Notes: generated from the sequence alone by a model not told the origin. DNA of 64,000 nt from Woeseiaceae bacterium (GCA_965224655.1 OZ245060.1:258917-322916), one strand, 5' to 3'. Positions 18,992-29,232 are shown, counted from the stretch's first letter. Translations and numbers: made by a program.

Positions 18992-19825
18992 TTGCAGCAC
19001 ATGGAAGTTTCCTACCTGAAAATGCATGGCACCGGCAACCTGATCCTCGTCGTCGACCAGCGCGAGGGCAAACTGCCGCCGCCCGGCGCGGAACGACTCC
19101 GCGAACTCGGTGACGACTCGACGGGCCCCGGATTCGACCAGTTGATGTGGATCACGCCGTCAGATGACATCGAGACGCTCGCCAGCTACCGGGTGTTCAA
19201 CGCCGACGGCTCGGAGGTACAGCAGTGCGGCAACGGTGTGCGATGCGTCGCTCGCCACCTGGCCGGCGATACCGCGATCGAATTTACACTGTCGAGCCCG
19301 GCCGGGCCGATCGGCGCACGTACGCTTGCCGACGGCACGGTCGCGGTCAGCATGGGGACGCCGTCGTTCGATCCGGCCGACCTCCCGTTCAACGCTCACG
19401 GCGCGGCCGACCACTATCGGGTGGACGTCGATGGCGAGCAGCACGAAGTCAGCGTCGCATCGATGGGCAACCCACACTGCGTCCTGCGCGTCAGCGACGT
19501 CGCGAATGCACCGGTTGCGACCCTCGGCCGGAAGCTCGAACGCCACCCGCGGTTCCCGGAGCGCACCAACGTCGGCTTCATGCAGGTCGATGGCCGCGAC
19601 CGGATCTCGCTGCGTGTATACGAGCGCGGCGTCGGCGAAACCCTTGCCTGCGGCACCGGCGCCTGCGCGGCGGTCGTCATCGGACAGCGCCTCGGGCTCC
19701 TGGACGACGATGTCCGCGTCGCACTGCCGGGCGGTGAAGTCATGGTAAGCTGGCGCGGTGGCGGCGAGCCCGTATGGCTCACGGGCAACGCCGAGAAAAT
19801 CAGCGAAGGAACCTTTCAACTATGA
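18992..19825 (+). CDS. dapF: diaminopimelate epimerase
   Basis: It has 'KMHGTGNLILVVD' and 'GFDQLMW', with the catalytic Cys motifs 'QCGNGVRC' and 'ACGTGACA'. The exact start (18992 vs 19001) is uncertain. Confidence 0.9.
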   Translation: MQHMEVSYLKMHGTGNLILVVDQREGKLPPPGAERLRELGDDSTGPGFDQLMWITPSDDIETLASYRVFNADGSEVQQCGNGVRCVARHLAGDTAIEFTLSSPAGPIGARTLADGTVAVSMGTPSFDPADLPFNAHGAADHYRVDVDGEQHEVSVASMGNPHCVLRVSDVANAPVATLGRKLERHPRFPERTNVGFMQVDGRDRISLRVYERGVGETLACGTGACAAVVIGQRLGLLDDDVRVALPGGEVMVSWRGGGEPVWLTGNAEKISEGTFQL

Positions 19826-20526
19826 GTACGCAACCCGAAGTCGACTACGCCGACGACGACCTGTCTGAACAAGCCATTCACGACTACCTTGCAGCTCACC
19901 CGGATTTCTTCGAGCGCCACAGGACGCTGCTGCAGTCGCTGCACCTGCCGCACGCGACCGGCGGCGCCGTATCGCTGGTCGAACGCCAGGTTTCGGTGCT
20001 ACGTCAAAAAGACATCAAGCTCGAGAAGCAGCTGAAGGAGTTGATCGATGTCGCACGCGCCAACGACCTGCTCTCGGCGAAGATTCACGAGCTGACCATG
20101 CAGCTCCTCTGCGCGACGGACCTGCCGTCGACTGTCGCGGCGATAGAGGAAGGCATGCGATCGGGTTTCGGCGCCGACCAGGCGGTACTCGTTCATTTTG
20201 GCGATCCCGATGCGTTTGCTGACATTACGGGTGGCCGGTTTTTCATGGTCGTCGACCGGGAATCCGATGACCTCGGACCGTTCAAGACGTTTCTCGCCGG
20301 CAGCTCTGCGCGCTGCGGGCGCATCCGCGACAGCCAGCGCGATTTCCTGTTCCGCGAAGACGCCAACGACATCGGCTCGGCCGCACTCGTGCCGCTCGGC
20401 GACAATGCCGCCATCGGCTTCCTTGCGATAGGCAGCACCGACGCCGAACGCTTTCACCCGGGTATGAGTATTGATTTCCTGACTCGCCTGGGCGATCTCG
20501 TGGCGGGCGCACTCAAGCGCTACTAG
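19822..20526 (+). CDS. yigA: DUF484 (YigA-like) protein
   Basis: The start was trimmed to the ATG at 19822, in an ATGA overlap with the dapF stop. It has 'YLAAHPDFFERH..LL' followed by a GAF-like domain. Its conserved position is between dapF and xerC. Confidence 0.75.
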   Translation: MSTQPEVDYADDDLSEQAIHDYLAAHPDFFERHRTLLQSLHLPHATGGAVSLVERQVSVLRQKDIKLEKQLKELIDVARANDLLSAKIHELTMQLLCATDLPSTVAAIEEGMRSGFGADQAVLVHFGDPDAFADITGGRFFMVVDRESDDLGPFKTFLAGSSARCGRIRDSQRDFLFREDANDIGSAALVPLGDNAAIGFLAIGSTDAERFHPGMSIDFLTRLGDLVAGALKRY

Positions 20527-20545
20527 GGCCTGGGAGGCGAGTCCG

Positions 20546-21457
20546 TTGGACGACGCCGGCTGGATCGACAAGTTCATTCACCACCTCGAGGTCGAACGCC
20601 GCCTCTCTCCGCAGACCTGCAAGAATTACCGGCGCGACCTGAAGTCGCTGGTCGCGTTTTGCGAACGAGCGGGTCTCGACGACTGGCGCCAACTAGACAG
20701 TGAGCACTTTCGCGCGTTTTCGGCGACGTGCTACCGCAAGGGACTGTCGCCCCGCAGCATCCAGCGGCGACTGTCGGCCTGCCGCACGTTCTACAGGTAC
20801 CTGATCCGCGAAAAACAGGTTGACGTGCACCCTGTCGTCGACATGTCGGCGCCGAAGGTCAGGAAACGCCTGCCCGGCAACCTCGATGCCGACCGCATGG
20901 CGCGCCTGCTGGATATTCCCGGCGACAGCCCGGTTGTCGATCGCGACCGTGCGATCCTGGAGTTGCTCTACTCATCCGGCCTGCGCCTGTCAGAACTGAC
21001 CGACCTCGATCTCGGTGACGTGGACATGCACGATGCCACGGTGCGCGTGACGGGCAAGGGCAACAAGGACCGCATCGTGCCGGTGGGGAAAAAGGCGCTG
21101 GACGCACTGCGCCAATGGCACCGGACTCGGGCCAACCTCGCCGGGACAGAGGAAAAGGCGCTGTTCGTCAGCACGCGCGGTCGTCGCATCAGTCCGCGCT
21201 CCGTGCAGGCGCGGGTCAAGCACTGGGCGAAAGTCCAGGGCATCGACGCCAACGTCTACCCGCACCTGTTTCGCCACTCGTTCGCAACGCATCTGCTCGA
21301 ATCGAGCCACGACCTGCGCGGCGTCCAGGAATTGCTGGGGCACGCGAATATCTCGACAACCCAGGTGTATACGCACCTTGATTTCCAGCACCTGGCACAG
21401 ATATACGACCAGACACATCCCCGCGCCCGCGCCAAGAAGAAACCGGACAGCGACTAG
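20546..21457 (+). CDS. xerC: site-specific tyrosine recombinase XerC
   Basis: 303 aa. The catalytic region reads '[38 protein letters not shown]'. The dapF-yigA-xerC synteny also supports the call. Confidence 0.9.
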   Translation: MDDAGWIDKFIHHLEVERRLSPQTCKNYRRDLKSLVAFCERAGLDDWRQLDSEHFRAFSATCYRKGLSPRSIQRRLSACRTFYRYLIREKQVDVHPVVDMSAPKVRKRLPGNLDADRMARLLDIPGDSPVVDRDRAILELLYSSGLRLSELTDLDLGDVDMHDATVRVTGKGNKDRIVPVGKKALDALRQWHRTRANLAGTEEKALFVSTRGRRISPRSVQARVKHWAKVQGIDANVYPHLFRHSFATHLLESSHDLRGVQELLGHANISTTQVYTHLDFQHLAQIYDQTHPRARAKKKPDSD

Positions 21458-21480
21458 GGCGGGCCACCAGAGGAAGCTCA

Positions 21481-22011
21481 ATGGAACAATTCAGAGGGAC
21501 GACCATCGTCTCGGTGCGTCGCAATGGCAAGGTTGCCATCGCCGGCGACGGCCAGGTCAGCATGGGCAATACCGTCATGAAGGGCAACGCGCGCAAGGTG
21601 CGACCGCTTGCCGGCGGGCGTGTCATCGCCGGGTTTGCAGGCGGCACAGCCGATGCGTTTACGCTGTTCGAGCTGTTCGAGTCGAAACTGGAACAGTACG
21701 GCAACCTGACGCGTGCCGCGATCGAACTGGCGAAGGACTGGCGGACCGATCGCCGCCTGCGCCGCCTGGAAGCACTGCTGTGCGTCGCCGACACCGAGAG
21801 CTCGTTCATCATCTCCGGCAACGGTGACGTCATCGAGCCCGAGAACGACCTCATGGCAATCGGATCCGGCGGCCCGTTCGCGCAGGCAGCCGCCCTGGCG
21901 CTGCTGCAGAACACGGATCTCGAAGCAGCCGAGATCGCGAACAAGGCGCTGATGATTGCCGGTGACATCTGCGTCTACACCAACCAGAACATCATTGTCG
22001 AAGAACTCTAG
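21481..22011 (+). CDS. hslV: ATP-dependent protease subunit HslV
   Basis: 176 aa. The N-terminus '[27 protein letters not shown]' carries the Thr active-site context. Confidence 0.95.
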   Translation: MEQFRGTTIVSVRRNGKVAIAGDGQVSMGNTVMKGNARKVRPLAGGRVIAGFAGGTADAFTLFELFESKLEQYGNLTRAAIELAKDWRTDRRLRRLEALLCVADTESSFIISGNGDVIEPENDLMAIGSGGPFAQAAALALLQNTDLEAAEIANKALMIAGDICVYTNQNIIVEEL

Positions 22012-22019
22012 ATAACCCT

Positions 22020-23348
22020 ATGTCCCAGATGACCCCCCGAGAGATTGTCCAGGAGCTGAACAAGCATATCGTCGGCCAGGATGAGGCCAAGCGCGCCGTA
22101 GCGATTGCGCTCAGGAATCGCTGGCGCCGCGTGCAGGTCGACGAACCGCTGCGCTCCGAAATCACGCCGAAAAACATACTGATGATCGGCCCGACCGGTG
22201 TCGGCAAGACCGAAATATCCCGCCGCCTGGCGCGACTCGCGAAAGCGCCGTTCATCAAGGTGGAAGCCACCAAGTTCACCGAGGTCGGTTACGTCGGCCG
22301 CGAGGTCGACAGCATCGTCCGCGACCTGATGGACGTCGCTGTAAAAATGATCCGCGAAGACGCGATGGCGAAAGTCAGCCACCGCGCGGAAGATGCAGCA
22401 GAAGAACGCATACTCGATGCGCTGCTGCCGCCGTCATCGTCGGTTGGGTTCACGAGTGAGCAGCCGGCCGATAGCGACACCCGTCAGAAATTCCGCAAGA
22501 TGCTGCGCGAGGGAAAACTCGACGACAAGGAAATCGAGATCGAGATCCAGGCGCTGCCGGTTGGCGTGGAGATCATGGCGCCGCCAGGCATGGAAGAAAT
22601 GACCAGCCAGCTGCAGGGCATGTTCCAAAACCTCGGCGGCAATCGCTCTAAGACCCGCAAGCTGAAAGTGAAGGAGGCGTTTCGCCACCTGACTGACGAA
22701 GAGGCCGCGAAGATGGTCGACGAGGAAGAACTGAAAGCCGAAGCGCTGGACGCCGTCGAACAACACGGCATCGTGTTCCTCGACGAAATCGACAAGGTGG
22801 CGCGCCGCAGCGATACGCAGGGCGCTGACGTGTCGCGAGAAGGCGTGCAGCGCGACCTGCTGCCACTGGTCGAAGGCTCCACGGTAAACACCAAGTACGG
22901 CATGGTTCGTACCGACCATATCCTGTTTATCGCGTCCGGCGCTTTCCACGTGTCCAAGCCATCGGACCTGATCCCCGAGCTGCAGGGCCGCTTCCCGATT
23001 CGCGTCGAGCTGAAGTCCCTGTCGGTCGAGGATTTCGTGCGCATCCTGACCGAGCCCGATGCGTCATTGACGTCACAGTACAGCGCCCTGCTCAACACAG
23101 AGGAAGTCACGCTCGAGTTTGCCGAGAGCGGCGTACGCCGCATCGCCGAGGTCGCCTACCAGGTGAACGAAAACACCGAGAACATCGGCGCGCGGCGTCT
23201 GCACACCGTGATGGAGCGACTGCTGGAGACCGTGTCGTTCGAGGCGTCCGACAAGTCCGGATCGAAGCTGACCGTCGACGCCGGCTACGTCAACGACCAC
23301 CTGGCAGAACTGAGCCAGGACGAAGACCTGAGTCGCTACATTCTTTAG
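22020..23348 (+). CDS. hslU: ATP-dependent protease ATPase subunit HslU
   Basis: 442 aa. It has '[34 protein letters not shown]' and the Walker A motif '[10 protein letters not shown]'. Confidence 0.95.
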   Translation: MSQMTPREIVQELNKHIVGQDEAKRAVAIALRNRWRRVQVDEPLRSEITPKNILMIGPTGVGKTEISRRLARLAKAPFIKVEATKFTEVGYVGREVDSIVRDLMDVAVKMIREDAMAKVSHRAEDAAEERILDALLPPSSSVGFTSEQPADSDTRQKFRKMLREGKLDDKEIEIEIQALPVGVEIMAPPGMEEMTSQLQGMFQNLGGNRSKTRKLKVKEAFRHLTDEEAAKMVDEEELKAEALDAVEQHGIVFLDEIDKVARRSDTQGADVSREGVQRDLLPLVEGSTVNTKYGMVRTDHILFIASGAFHVSKPSDLIPELQGRFPIRVELKSLSVEDFVRILTEPDASLTSQYSALLNTEEVTLEFAESGVRRIAEVAYQVNENTENIGARRLHTVMERLLETVSFEASDKSGSKLTVDAGYVNDHLAELSQDEDLSRYIL

Positions 23349-23380
23349 AGAAATAGTTCTTTGAAGAAACGGTGCTTTGA

Positions 23381-23477
23381 AGAAGAGGGGTCAGACCCGT
23401 AGGGTAAGACCCCTTGCAGATTAGCATCGGGGTGTCTTTAGCCAGGGGTCTGACCCTACGGGTCTGACCCCTCTTCT
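23381..23477. repeat. 97-bp REP/MITE-like palindromic element (33-nt arms, 31-nt loop)
   Basis: The left arm is AGAAGAGGGGTCAGACCCGTAGGGTAAGACCCC (23381-23413). It pairs with GGGGTCTGACCCTACGGGTCTGACCCCTCTTCT (23445-23477) with 1 mismatch. Each arm holds two copies of a GGG(G)TMAGACCC(C) core. Confidence 0.9.
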
Positions 23478-23507
23478 AAATAGAATGGTTTCGGGTATCC
23501 TCCGATC

Positions 23508-24266
23508 ATGGCAGCACGATCAGAAAACGAGAACACCACACACTTCGGTTACCGGACCGTCGATGCCGACGAGAAAGCGGGTCTCGTGCGCGGCGTGTTC
23601 GATTCGGTTGCCAGCCGCTACGACATCATGAACGACCTGATGTCCGCGGGTCTGCATCGGCTCTGGAAACGCTACACGATCGACCAGGCCGCGGCGAAGT
23701 CCGGCCAGACCATCCTCGACCTCGCCGGTGGCACCGGCGATCTCGCCCGCGAGTTCGCAAAGAAGGTCGGCAAGGACGGTCACGTCGTGCTCGCCGATAT
23801 CAACACCGCCATGCTCGAGCAGGGGCGCCGCAACCTCGTCGATGCCGGAATCGCCGGCAACGTCACGATCGCGCAGGTCGACGCGCAGGACCTGCCTTTT
23901 GACGACGGCACATTCGACATCGTCACGATGGCGTTTGGGCTGCGCAACGTAACGGACAAGGACGCCGCGCTCACGTCGATATTCAGGACACTGAAGCCCG
24001 GCGGGAAAGCGATGATTCTCGAGTTTTCGGCGCCAAACGCGGCGATCAAACCTGCCTACGATCTGTACTCGTTCAAGGTGTTGCCCGCGCTCGGCAAGCT
24101 CGTCGCCAGGGACGCAGACTCCTACCAGTACCTGGCCGAATCGATCCGCATGCACCCCGACCAGGAAACGCTGAAAGGCATGATGGAGGCAGCGGGCTTC
24201 GAACGCTGTCGCTACCACAACCTCGCCGCCGGTATTGTCGCGCTGCACATCGGCTACCGGATCTGA
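23508..24266 (+). CDS. ubiE: ubiquinone/menaquinone biosynthesis C-methyltransferase
   Basis: 252 aa. It has '[36 protein letters not shown]' and the SAM motif '[10 protein letters not shown]'. Confidence 0.95.
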   Translation: MAARSENENTTHFGYRTVDADEKAGLVRGVFDSVASRYDIMNDLMSAGLHRLWKRYTIDQAAAKSGQTILDLAGGTGDLAREFAKKVGKDGHVVLADINTAMLEQGRRNLVDAGIAGNVTIAQVDAQDLPFDDGTFDIVTMAFGLRNVTDKDAALTSIFRTLKPGGKAMILEFSAPNAAIKPAYDLYSFKVLPALGKLVARDADSYQYLAESIRMHPDQETLKGMMEAAGFERCRYHNLAAGIVALHIGYRI

Positions 24267-24269
24267 CGC

Positions 24270-24875
24270 ATGAATGCCCTCGAAGCCGTACTGCGCCCGG
24301 TCGCACGGTTGCTGAACCGCAATATCGAAGCGATCACGCCGGCTCGTGAGCTGTGCGCACAGCTGTCGGGGAAGATAATTGCCGTACGCGTCGACAAGAC
24401 GGCGCTGGCCACGCATTTCATTGTCGGGCCCGATGCGCTCGAGCTGACGACGCGCGCGAACAACGAGCCGGATGTCGTCATCACCGGCTCATTGCTGAGC
24501 CTTGCACGCCTTGCCGGCGACTCCGGGGAGGAAGCGATCCGTGACGGCGAGATCGACCTGACCGGCGACGCGGAAATAGCGCAACAATTCCAACGCCTGC
24601 TGGCGTACGCCAGGCCCGATGTCGAGGAGGAACTGTCGGGCGTTATCGGCGACGTCGCGGCACACCGACTCGGCGAAACTGCCCGCGGAATCGGCAACTG
24701 GAGCCGCGAAGCACGCTCCACCATGGGTGCCAACATCCGCGAATACCTGCAGGAAGAAAGTCGCGACGCGCCCAGCCGTTACGAAGTTGAGCGTTTTACG
24801 GCGGCCGTCGGCACGCTGCGCGACGACGTCGCGCGGCTCGAAGCCCGTATCGACCAACTGCAGGCGGGTGACTGA
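24270..24875 (+). CDS. ubiJ: ubiquinone biosynthesis accessory factor UbiJ (SCP2 domain)
   Basis: 201 aa. Its position between ubiE and ubiB supports the call. It has an SCP2-like N-terminal half and a helical C-terminal tail. Confidence 0.7.
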   Translation: MNALEAVLRPVARLLNRNIEAITPARELCAQLSGKIIAVRVDKTALATHFIVGPDALELTTRANNEPDVVITGSLLSLARLAGDSGEEAIRDGEIDLTGDAEIAQQFQRLLAYARPDVEEELSGVIGDVAAHRLGETARGIGNWSREARSTMGANIREYLQEESRDAPSRYEVERFTAAVGTLRDDVARLEARIDQLQAGD

Positions 24876-24876
24876 C

Positions 24877-26502
24877 ATGCGGCGGCGTACGATCTTTCGC
24901 ATGCTGGCAATCCAGCGCGTGCTCGTGAAATACGGGCTCGACGACGTCATCAAGGAAACTCACCTGCTGCGCCCGTTGCGTTTCCTGTTTTATCTCGCAC
25001 CGCGTCGGCGCGACCGTTCCGCACCGCTCGGCGAACGCATTCGGCTCGCGCTCGAGGAACTCGGCCCGATTTTCGTCAAGTTCGGACAGGCCATTTCCAC
25101 GCGCCGCGACCTGTTGCCGCCCGACATCGCCGACGAACTGGCGAAGCTCCAGGATGCTGTGCCGCCGTTCCCGGCCGAGCAGGCCATCGATATCATCGAG
25201 ACTGCATACGGCAATACCGTCGACAATGTCTTCGAGCGCTTCGATGTCGAGCCGCTGGCCGCCGCATCCATCGCACAGGTGCATACCGCCAAGCTCAGCA
25301 ACGGCCCCGAGGTCATCGTCAAGGTATTGCGCCCGGGGGTGCAGGAGCAGATTGAACGTGACCTCGCCGTGCTGCGAATGCTCGCCGGTCTCGCGGACCG
25401 CTACTGGGAGCACGGCAAGCGGCTGAAGCCGCTCGAAGTCGTCGACGAGTACGAGCACACGATCCTCGACGAGCTCGACCTCATGCGCGAAGCCGGTAAC
25501 ACGGCGCAGCTGAAGCGCAATTTCCAGGGATCGGACATGCTGTACGTGCCGGATATCTTCTGGGATTACTGCCGGCCCGACGTGCTTGTCCAGGAGCGCA
25601 TCTATGGCACGCCGATCAGCGACATGGACACGCTGCGCGCGGCCGGCGCCAACATCCGGAGGCTGGCCGAAAACGGCGTCGAGATCTTTTTCACGCAGGT
25701 ATTCCGGCACAACTTTTTCCATGCCGACATGCACCCGGGCAACATCTTTGTCATCACGACGGACCCGGACCGGCCGAAGTATGCCGCTGTCGATTTCGGC
25801 ATCGTCGGGACGCTGAGCGCGGGGGACCAGCGCTACCTTGCCGAGAATTTCCTCGCGTTTTTCGATCGCGACTATCACCGCATCGCGAAACTGCATGTCG
25901 ACAGTGGCTGGGTGCCGGCTGGCACTCGGATCGACCAGCTCGAAACCGCCGTGCGCACTGTGTGCGAACCGATATTCAACAAGCCGCTCGCCGAAATTTC
26001 GTTCGCGCAATTGCTCATGCGGCTGTTCCGCGTCGCGCAGCGCTTCAATGTCGAGATCCAGCCGCAGATGATCCTGCTGCATAAGACGCTGTTCAACATC
26101 GAGGGGCTCGGTCGACAGCTTTATCCGCAACTCGATCTCTGGAAAACGGCCCACCCGGTGCTGCGCCAGTGGATGGACGAGCAGGTTGGCGGCCGGGCAA
26201 TGCTGAAAGACGTCCGCGAGAATCTCCCACAATTGCGCGACGCACTGCGCGAGCTACCCACCATCGTGCACCACCTCGGCGAGCAGGTTTCCGAAGGTCG
26301 CGTAAACTTCACGATGCGATCGCCGGAACTGGGCGAGATTCGAAAGCAGCTCGATGGCGAGCGCCGGCAAAACTACTGGCTCACCGTTTCCGCCACGTGC
26401 GTCATTTCCGGCGTACTGGTACTGACGCTCGGGAATGTCCCCATACTCGGCTGGGGGCTGTTAGGCGCCGGCGCGATCGCGGGACTTGCCGCCCGGCCCT
26501 GA
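24877..26502 (+). CDS. ubiB: ubiquinone biosynthesis regulatory protein kinase UbiB
   Basis: The start was trimmed to the ATG at 24877, 1 nt after the ubiJ stop. It has 'LEELGPIFVKFGQAISTRRDLLP', the ABC1/ADCK kinase motifs, and C-terminal TM helices. Confidence 0.9.
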   Translation: MRRRTIFRMLAIQRVLVKYGLDDVIKETHLLRPLRFLFYLAPRRRDRSAPLGERIRLALEELGPIFVKFGQAISTRRDLLPPDIADELAKLQDAVPPFPAEQAIDIIETAYGNTVDNVFERFDVEPLAAASIAQVHTAKLSNGPEVIVKVLRPGVQEQIERDLAVLRMLAGLADRYWEHGKRLKPLEVVDEYEHTILDELDLMREAGNTAQLKRNFQGSDMLYVPDIFWDYCRPDVLVQERIYGTPISDMDTLRAAGANIRRLAENGVEIFFTQVFRHNFFHADMHPGNIFVITTDPDRPKYAAVDFGIVGTLSAGDQRYLAENFLAFFDRDYHRIAKLHVDSGWVPAGTRIDQLETAVRTVCEPIFNKPLAEISFAQLLMRLFRVAQRFNVEIQPQMILLHKTLFNIEGLGRQLYPQLDLWKTAHPVLRQWMDEQVGGRAMLKDVRENLPQLRDALRELPTIVHHLGEQVSEGRVNFTMRSPELGEIRKQLDGERRQNYWLTVSATCVISGVLVLTLGNVPILGWGLLGAGAIAGLAARP

Positions 26503-26918
26503 TGTCGCGCTTCCGGGTTCTCTGGCTGCTCGGCGGCCTCACGTGCGTCGCCGTTGGAGCTGTCGGCGTCGTGCTGCCGCTACTGCCGACGACGCCGTTC
26601 CTGCTCGTCGCCACGTATTGTTTCGCGCGCTCCTCGGAGCGCCTCAACCGTTGGCTACTGAATCACCGTACGTTTGGTCCTCTGATCGAGAACTGGCAGA
26701 AATACGGCAGTATCGACAGGCGCTCGAAAAAGATATCCCTCATCGTCATCGTGCTGACGCCGATCATCACGCTGATGATCGGCGTCCCCTGGTGGGCGCT
26801 GGCGGCACAGCTCGTCGTGCTCGGATTGTCGGCAACCTTTATTCTGACGCGCCCGAATCCTCCGCTGGAGCCAGCAAATCCAGCGCCGCCACCGTCATCG
26901 CCTCCACCCCGGTCCTGA
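26502..26918 (+). CDS. YbaN-family (DUF454) inner-membrane protein
   Basis: The start was trimmed to the ATG at 26502, in a TGATG overlap with the ubiB stop. The sequence 'GVVLPLLPTTPFLLVATYCFARSSERLNRWLLNHRTFGPLIENW' is the DUF454 signature. The Pro-rich last ~20 aa overlap the convergent M20 gene. Confidence 0.75.
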   Translation: MSRFRVLWLLGGLTCVAVGAVGVVLPLLPTTPFLLVATYCFARSSERLNRWLLNHRTFGPLIENWQKYGSIDRRSKKISLIVIVLTPIITLMIGVPWWALAAQLVVLGLSATFILTRPNPPLEPANPAPPPSSPPPRS

Positions 26919-28158
26919 TCGAGCCTTCGGGGTCGATCCAGAACAGCGGCGAGTGATGCCCGGCCCAGTTGCCCGACTCGAGGTCCTCGGCCGGCGTGCC
27001 GCCGACACCGAAATAGACGCTCGGGATCGGCGGATCGACGTTGACGAGATCCGGAAAATCTTCGGCACCCATATCTTCCTGGACGAACGGAATCAGCGCG
27101 TCTTCGCCAAGCTCGGCGAGCATTGCTCGACGCACCCGTTGTGCGAGCGCCGCGTCATTGATCGTCGTCGGCGCGCCATCGTCGTAAATATGCACGATCG
27201 GTAACAAGTCGTCCGGCAATCCGGCCGCCTTCGCCGTCTGGACGGCGACACGTTCGATGGCGTCCAGGAGCTGGTAGCGCGTCTTCTCGCTGTTGGCCCG
27301 GACTGTCACGTCGAGCTGTGCCGCATCCGCAATCACGTTGGGTGCCGTGCCGCCGCGAAATGCGCCGACCGTGATCAATGCCGGCTCAATGGGGGATACC
27401 TCGCGAGTCACGATGGTCTGTAGTGCGAGTACGATCTGTGCACCGATCAGGACGGGGTCCTTGCCGAGATGCGGCGAAGCGCCGTGCGTCGCGATGCCGC
27501 GCACGGTAATGCGCACCGTATCCGCGCTCGAGTACATCAGACCGTCAGAGAAAGTAATCGTCCCGGTTTCCTGCCCAGCGCCGACGTGCAGCGCGAGCGC
27601 GAAATCCGGGCGCACCGTGCGCTCGTAAATGCGATCGGCCACCATCGCCCTGGCGCCGCCTTCCGCCTCTTCGGCCGGCTGGGCCACGAGCATCAGCGTG
27701 CCGCTCCACTGGTCCTTCAGGTCGACCATGCGACGCGCCGTGCCAATCAGCGTCGTGATGTGCATGTCATGCCCGCAAGCATGCATGACCGGCATTTCGA
27801 GTCCCTCGAGATTGACCTGCGTTACGTTCGACGCGTAGTCAAAACCGGTCTTTTCCTGGACCGGCAGGCCGTCCATGTCAGCACGAATCATCAACGTCGG
27901 CCCTTCGCCGTTTTTCATGACGCCGACCACTCCCGTTTTGCCGATGTTGCGTGTGACGTCAAAACCAAGCGCCTCCATTTCCTCCGCCATGCGTTCGGCT
28001 GTCTTGAATTCCTGCATCGACAATTCGGGATTCGCGTGGAAGTGCCGGAACAGTGCGTCGAGGTACTCGTAGTCGGCATCGATCGCCTCGCTAAGCGGTG
28101 ATGCGAACGCCGTCGTTGCCATGCCAAAGATAGCCAATGCCTGGATTATTCTTCTCAT
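26839..28158 (-). CDS. M20-family amidohydrolase (hippurate hydrolase / N-acyl-L-amino-acid amidohydrolase type) with signal peptide
   Basis: 439 aa. The signal peptide is 'MRRIIQALAIFGMATTAFA'. It has 'HFHANPELSMQEFKTA', 'MHACGHDMH' and 'QPAEE', typical of M20D enzymes. Confidence 0.8.
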   Translation of the reverse strand: MRRIIQALAIFGMATTAFASPLSEAIDADYEYLDALFRHFHANPELSMQEFKTAERMAEEMEALGFDVTRNIGKTGVVGVMKNGEGPTLMIRADMDGLPVQEKTGFDYASNVTQVNLEGLEMPVMHACGHDMHITTLIGTARRMVDLKDQWSGTLMLVAQPAEEAEGGARAMVADRIYERTVRPDFALALHVGAGQETGTITFSDGLMYSSADTVRITVRGIATHGASPHLGKDPVLIGAQIVLALQTIVTREVSPIEPALITVGAFRGGTAPNVIADAAQLDVTVRANSEKTRYQLLDAIERVAVQTAKAAGLPDDLLPIVHIYDDGAPTTINDAALAQRVRRAMLAELGEDALIPFVQEDMGAEDFPDLVNVDPPIPSVYFGVGGTPAEDLESGNWAGHHSPLFWIDPEGSIRTGVEAMTVAALDLLAPAEDSGASE

Positions 28159-28886
28159 TCTTCGATTCCTTCTTGCAGTACGAACCCGACCTCCCGGCCG
28201 GTTTCCGATATTCCGAAAATCCTGTAACCAAGCCCCTGCAGCATGCGGATACTCTCCGCCGCGCGTTGTTTGCCAATGCCCGGAAAGCGGTGATGGAACT
28301 CGACCAGCAATTGCACCGGCAGGTGCTGCGCCGTCTTGAGGCCGTCGAGAATCTGGAACTCGGCGCCTTCAACATCCATCTTCAGCAGATCGACCTTCCG
28401 GTGCCCGAGTTTCTCCATCACGGTCGGCAACGTGTAGGCCGGCGCATCCATGTAATCGTCCGGGTCTCCGGCATTTTCGTCGGCCGTCCACATCACCTCG
28501 GCGCGCTTGCCGCGTCGATTGACCCGCCGATACAGGCGCAGGCTGCCGTCCTCGGCCGCCGCCGCCCACGGCTTGAAGACAAACGCCGCCGGCGTCTCGA
28601 TGCTGTCCACCCATTCCATTGCCCAGGGCGTCGGGTCGAAAGCATAGACGGTCAGGCCAAAGCGCCGAATCAGCTCCAGATCAAAATCGATCGAATCGCC
28701 CACGCCCAGTGAGTACACGATGGATTCGGGGCCAAGCCGGTCACCAATGTAAGTCCAGTCCGCGGTCTCGACGGTATCGACAGCGACCTCGCGCCTGAGC
28801 CACAGCTCCTTGCCGCTGATGCGCTTCAGGAACAATTTGACGGGCCAGAACCAGGGCTGCCGCTTCATCCATCCGGACGTTCTCAA
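28155..28886 (-). CDS. FkbM-family methyltransferase
   Basis: 243 aa. It has 'YSLGVGDSIDFDLELI...VYAFDPTP' and 'VDLLKMDVEGAEFQIL', which are FkbM hallmarks. The TTG start at 28886 has AAGGAG 8 nt upstream. It overlaps the M20 gene start by 4 nt. Confidence 0.75.
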   Translation of the reverse strand: MRTSGWMKRQPWFWPVKLFLKRISGKELWLRREVAVDTVETADWTYIGDRLGPESIVYSLGVGDSIDFDLELIRRFGLTVYAFDPTPWAMEWVDSIETPAAFVFKPWAAAAEDGSLRLYRRVNRRGKRAEVMWTADENAGDPDDYMDAPAYTLPTVMEKLGHRKVDLLKMDVEGAEFQILDGLKTAQHLPVQLLVEFHHRFPGIGKQRAAESIRMLQGLGYRIFGISETGREVGFVLQEGIEE

Positions 28887-29232
28887 GTGCGGAGCTCCTT
28901 GCGTTCAACCCGGTACACGACATCCCGGATGTGCTTCTCTGCCAACGCGGCGATCAAAGCGCTCGCACGCATTGCCGGGCGCGTTTCGACTCGCCGATCG
29001 AGGCAACGTCAGGTACAGCAAACGAAACGGCAAGAATATTGACGAGGAGTGAAGACTGCATGGCGGCTCATTTGTTGTTGTTGCCGTGATTATACTGCTA
29101 TAGCCTCGGGTGTCGTGAATCGCCCTGTAGCAAGAATGATCGTTGTCGGCCCGGTGTCCTGGTATGTCAATCTCTTCTTTGCCGTTTCGATTACGGCAAA
29201 GCTGCCGCTGCGCAGGGGGGTGCGAGACGCGG

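Noticed and set aside
20546-21457. Tyrosine recombinase as a possible integrase marking a mobile element.
   Set aside because: It sits in the conserved dapF-yigA-xerC-hslVU housekeeping synteny and has the XerC catalytic tail. There is no adjacent tRNA, att-like repeats or phage genes.
21330-21480. A sigma32 heat-shock promoter for hslVU inside the 3' end of xerC.
   Set aside because: Only a partial CTTGATT -35-like match was found, with no acceptable CCCCATnT -10 at the right spacing. The xerC-hslV gap is just 23 nt, so the promoter location remains unresolved.
23381-23477. Repeated GGGTCTGACCC units considered as a possible mini CRISPR array (also at 46591..46663).
   Set aside because: The copies are arranged as inverted arms of a single palindrome, without unique spacers of CRISPR length. 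No cas genes are present. A REP/MITE-like interpretation fits better.
28887-29232. Possible hidden gene or promoter in the 346-nt gap between the FkbM and acyltransferase genes (track ORFs 28905..29336 on the minus strand and 29049..29240 on the plus strand).
   Set aside because: The translations are Cys/Arg-rich with no recognisable motif or RBS. The TATACT at 29091 lacks a properly spaced -35. The region is treated as a divergent regulatory region of unknown detail.
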